From Malacoraja senta (taxonomy: Eukaryota), in assembly GCA_038087875.1 (NCBI GenBank), contig CM075990.1, positions 11,472,001 through 11,536,000 on the forward strand: a DNA stretch of 64,000 nt, given 5' to 3'. Positions 61,285 through 64,000 of this stretch are shown here, piece after piece (within the stretch, counting starts at the first letter, position 1; the number at the start of each line of letters is the position of its first letter). The notes under the pieces were generated by a model. That model worked only from the letters and a program-made list of their open reading frames with translations, ran no database searches and had not been told where the DNA came from. Made by a program: the position numbers and the translations under genes.

Positions 61285-61685
61285 CAGTCAGTGGAAAGAC
61301 AATACATGATTACAATCGAGCCATTCAGATACATGATAAAGGAAATGACATAAAATAAAGGAAATGCACGATAAACCCAGTAAAATCTGATCAAAGATAG
61401 TCCGAGGGTCTCAAAAGAGGTAGATTGTAGTTCATGACTGTTTCTAGTTGCTGGCAGGATAATTTGGTGGTCTGTAAACAGCTGAGATGAAACTGTCCCA
61501 GGATCTGGAGGTGTGCGTTTTCACACCTATACTGTTTTGCCCGATGGGAGAGTGGAGAAGAGGGATTGGCCAGGGTGCGACTCGTCCTTGATTATGCCGC
61601 TGGCCTTGCCGAGGCAGCGCGAGGCATAAATGGAGTCAATGGAAGGGAGGTTGGTTTGTGCGATGGTCTGGGCTGAGTCCACTGA
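61285..61685 (-). mobile_element. Rex1/Babar 3' fragment
   Basis: ORF 61527-61799 contains LPSIDSIYASRCLGKASGIIKDESHPG. Confidence 0.8.
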
Positions 61686-62674
61686 CTGGGCATCTATTGG
61701 AGATGTTACGACTGATTGTTTTTTGTTAGACAGGTGTATTTTTGGATACGAGGTGGGTAAATGACTGATCACCAGCGATGTAGCTGAATGATGAATCAAA
61801 TTGGAGGGGTGGGGGTGGAAGGTGGGAGGAGAGAGCTGACTGCTCCTATAATCAATGGAAACAATTACACTGAAGGATCGCCTTCAGTACTGCGTACCAT
61901 GTGTACAACACCATCTAAAGAATGAGGTTGAAATGATGGGGATAAATCATTTAACCATGTTTTATTTGGTATACAGCAAAGGTGCTATTGCCGAAATTCC
62001 AGAAACATGCTAAAAGATTCCTGGTCATAGTATGGGAGGAGCAGTGTTAAGTGGCAATGTCCTGGGAGCGATTAATCTTTTTTAATTTCACTGTCATGAA
62101 TTATCAGCAGAGGACAGTGAGATTGTCTCTAATGACCAAGGAATAAATAAGCATCAATCTTTATTCATAGCTCCATTAAAAAGAAATGTGTTATAACTTA
62201 CAAATCCGCTCAAGTTGCAATGAACATCTGAGAAGAGAGCAGGGTTTTACAAATTTGTTGGATTATTTGATTTTTTTTTTGCACTTTGTATTAAAACCGA
62301 ATAAGCCGACTAATAAGGAGATGGTTTAAATGTTTAAAAAAAATGTAATTAGTATTTAGATTTATTGCATTTGATAACCAAAGTTCCTCATCACATATTT
62401 GCCTTTGTTTAGTTCATGGCATTATCTCTACTTTAAATCCTCTGATTGAATTAATTATGTTTTGTAAACACAGAATGTCAGTGGTGATAATTAAGTCTCA
62501 ATTTCTCTCAGGCAGCAGAGACCTATTTTCAAGAATTAATTCATAATTAATTCATCCTGTCACACTATTGCAATCACACTGAGCGGGCACAAATATGCCT
62601 TCTTCAATAAATGGATCTTCCAAGTAAGAACAGGTGGCCTGTTTTCATCTTTCCCAATCCAAGACACCGAGATT

Positions 62675-62981
62675 AGTGTAGTTTCGAGATACAGTCAGGC
62701 CCTTCGGCCCAACGAGTCCACAGCGACAAGCGATCCCCACACATTAACACGATCCTACACACACACACACACTAGGAACAATTTACACTTATACCAAGCT
62801 AATTTACCTACAAACCTGTACGTCTTTGGAGTGTGCGAGTAAACCGAAGATCTCGGCGGAAACCCACGCAGGTCACGGGGAGAACGTGCAAACTCTTTAC
62901 AGACGGCAGGATCGAACCCGGGTCTCCGGGGCTGCAAGCGCTGTAAGGCAGCAACTCTACTGCTGCACCATCGTGCCGCCC
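62675..62981 (-). mobile_element. HE1/V-SINE-like SINE
   Basis: Reverse-complement consensus. Confidence 0.88.
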
Positions 62982-64000
62982 ACAGTTCTGCACCGAAGAT
63001 AGACACAAATTGCTGGAGTAGCTCTGCAGGGGCAGGCAGCGTCTCTGGAGAGAAGGAATGGGTGACGTTTCCGGTCGAGAATCTTCTTCAGACTGAGAGT
63101 CAGAGGAGAGGGAGTCTAGAGGTATGGAAGGGTAACCTAGTTATGCAATTCTGTGTATACTGCTCAGTCCTCTTGTTTCATCATGTCACCGAGTGTTAAT
63201 TTAATCCTCATTTTCTTTTATTTTCAATGCAACAATTAACACTATTCCTTTAACTTTGTTTCTTGACAGTGCCATGCCTCTGAGAACAATCAATTACGTG
63301 GGTACCAGACGCTGCTGCATGGCATTCATCAATGCCACCACCAACGCACGAATAAATGTCTATTATAAGGTTATCTGGCCAGTTGTCACACATTGGCGTA
63401 GCAGATGCTCCAAATGAGATAGTAAATGGTGACCATGTTTGCATCTTTCACTGACTTATACAGCACGGAAACAGGCCCTTTGGCCCACCATGCCTATGCC
63501 AACTTATCTGTACTATTTCTATTTACCAGCGCTTAGTCCTACTCTATGTCTTGTTGATTCATACAGATGATTCTTAAAGGTTGTAAGAACACCTGCTTCC
63601 ATCAACCTCTCCGCACTATGTTCCACCACCCTCCAGAAGAAAAAAATCTCTCAGATCCCTTCTAACTCCTCACTTTAAACTTATGGCCTTAGGTCTCAGA
63701 CACCTCGGCAACGTGGAAAGGTTTTCTACTATCTACACTGTGCATCATTTCCAACCATTACTGGATCTTTTTATTCCAATGGGTCTGTAAGAATAACTTT
63801 ACGCAATCTTCAAATGTTAAAGAATGTTTGTCAAACCTCCTTAATGAGCAATGGGAATCACCAATAAAATGCAATTTTGCCAGCACTACCTGCATTATTA
63901 AAATTATACCTCAGTGAAGTAGGACATAGTTATGTGGTGCATAGTCACTTACAAGGAACCGTGTTTTCATAGAGATTGGGTATCGCAGAGTATTTTGTGT

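Overview
Repeat-dense, apparently non-genic vertebrate DNA. The repeat inventory points to a cartilaginous fish, probably a skate or ray (inference): HE1/V-SINE-like tRNA SINEs, HER1/CR1 LINE tails, Deu-domain SINE remnants, Rex1/Babar, L1, L2, Penelope-like elements and Harbinger-like MITEs. No host protein-coding gene is recognisable; all credible ORFs are retroelement-derived. Highlights: (1) a ~135-bp TSD-flanked retroposon (2 copies) whose 5' end folds as a minimal HDV-like ribozyme; (2) a Mag-clade Gypsy provirus (43382-49069) whose leader-gag-PR-RT(N) block is inverted between two opposed tRNA-Leu primer-binding sites, with most of RT/RNaseH missing and an L1 nested in the integrase; (3) a minimal hammerhead-ribozyme core in the abundant Penelope-derived short repeat; (4) six CpG-rich MITEs sharing a TIR core; (5) repair or template-switch scars (an exact 54-bp copy 2 kb away, local fold-backs); (6) TAAT-rich unique blocks that may be conserved enhancers. 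Family names come from my recognition of motifs, not from database searches. Ends of degraded repeats are approximate.
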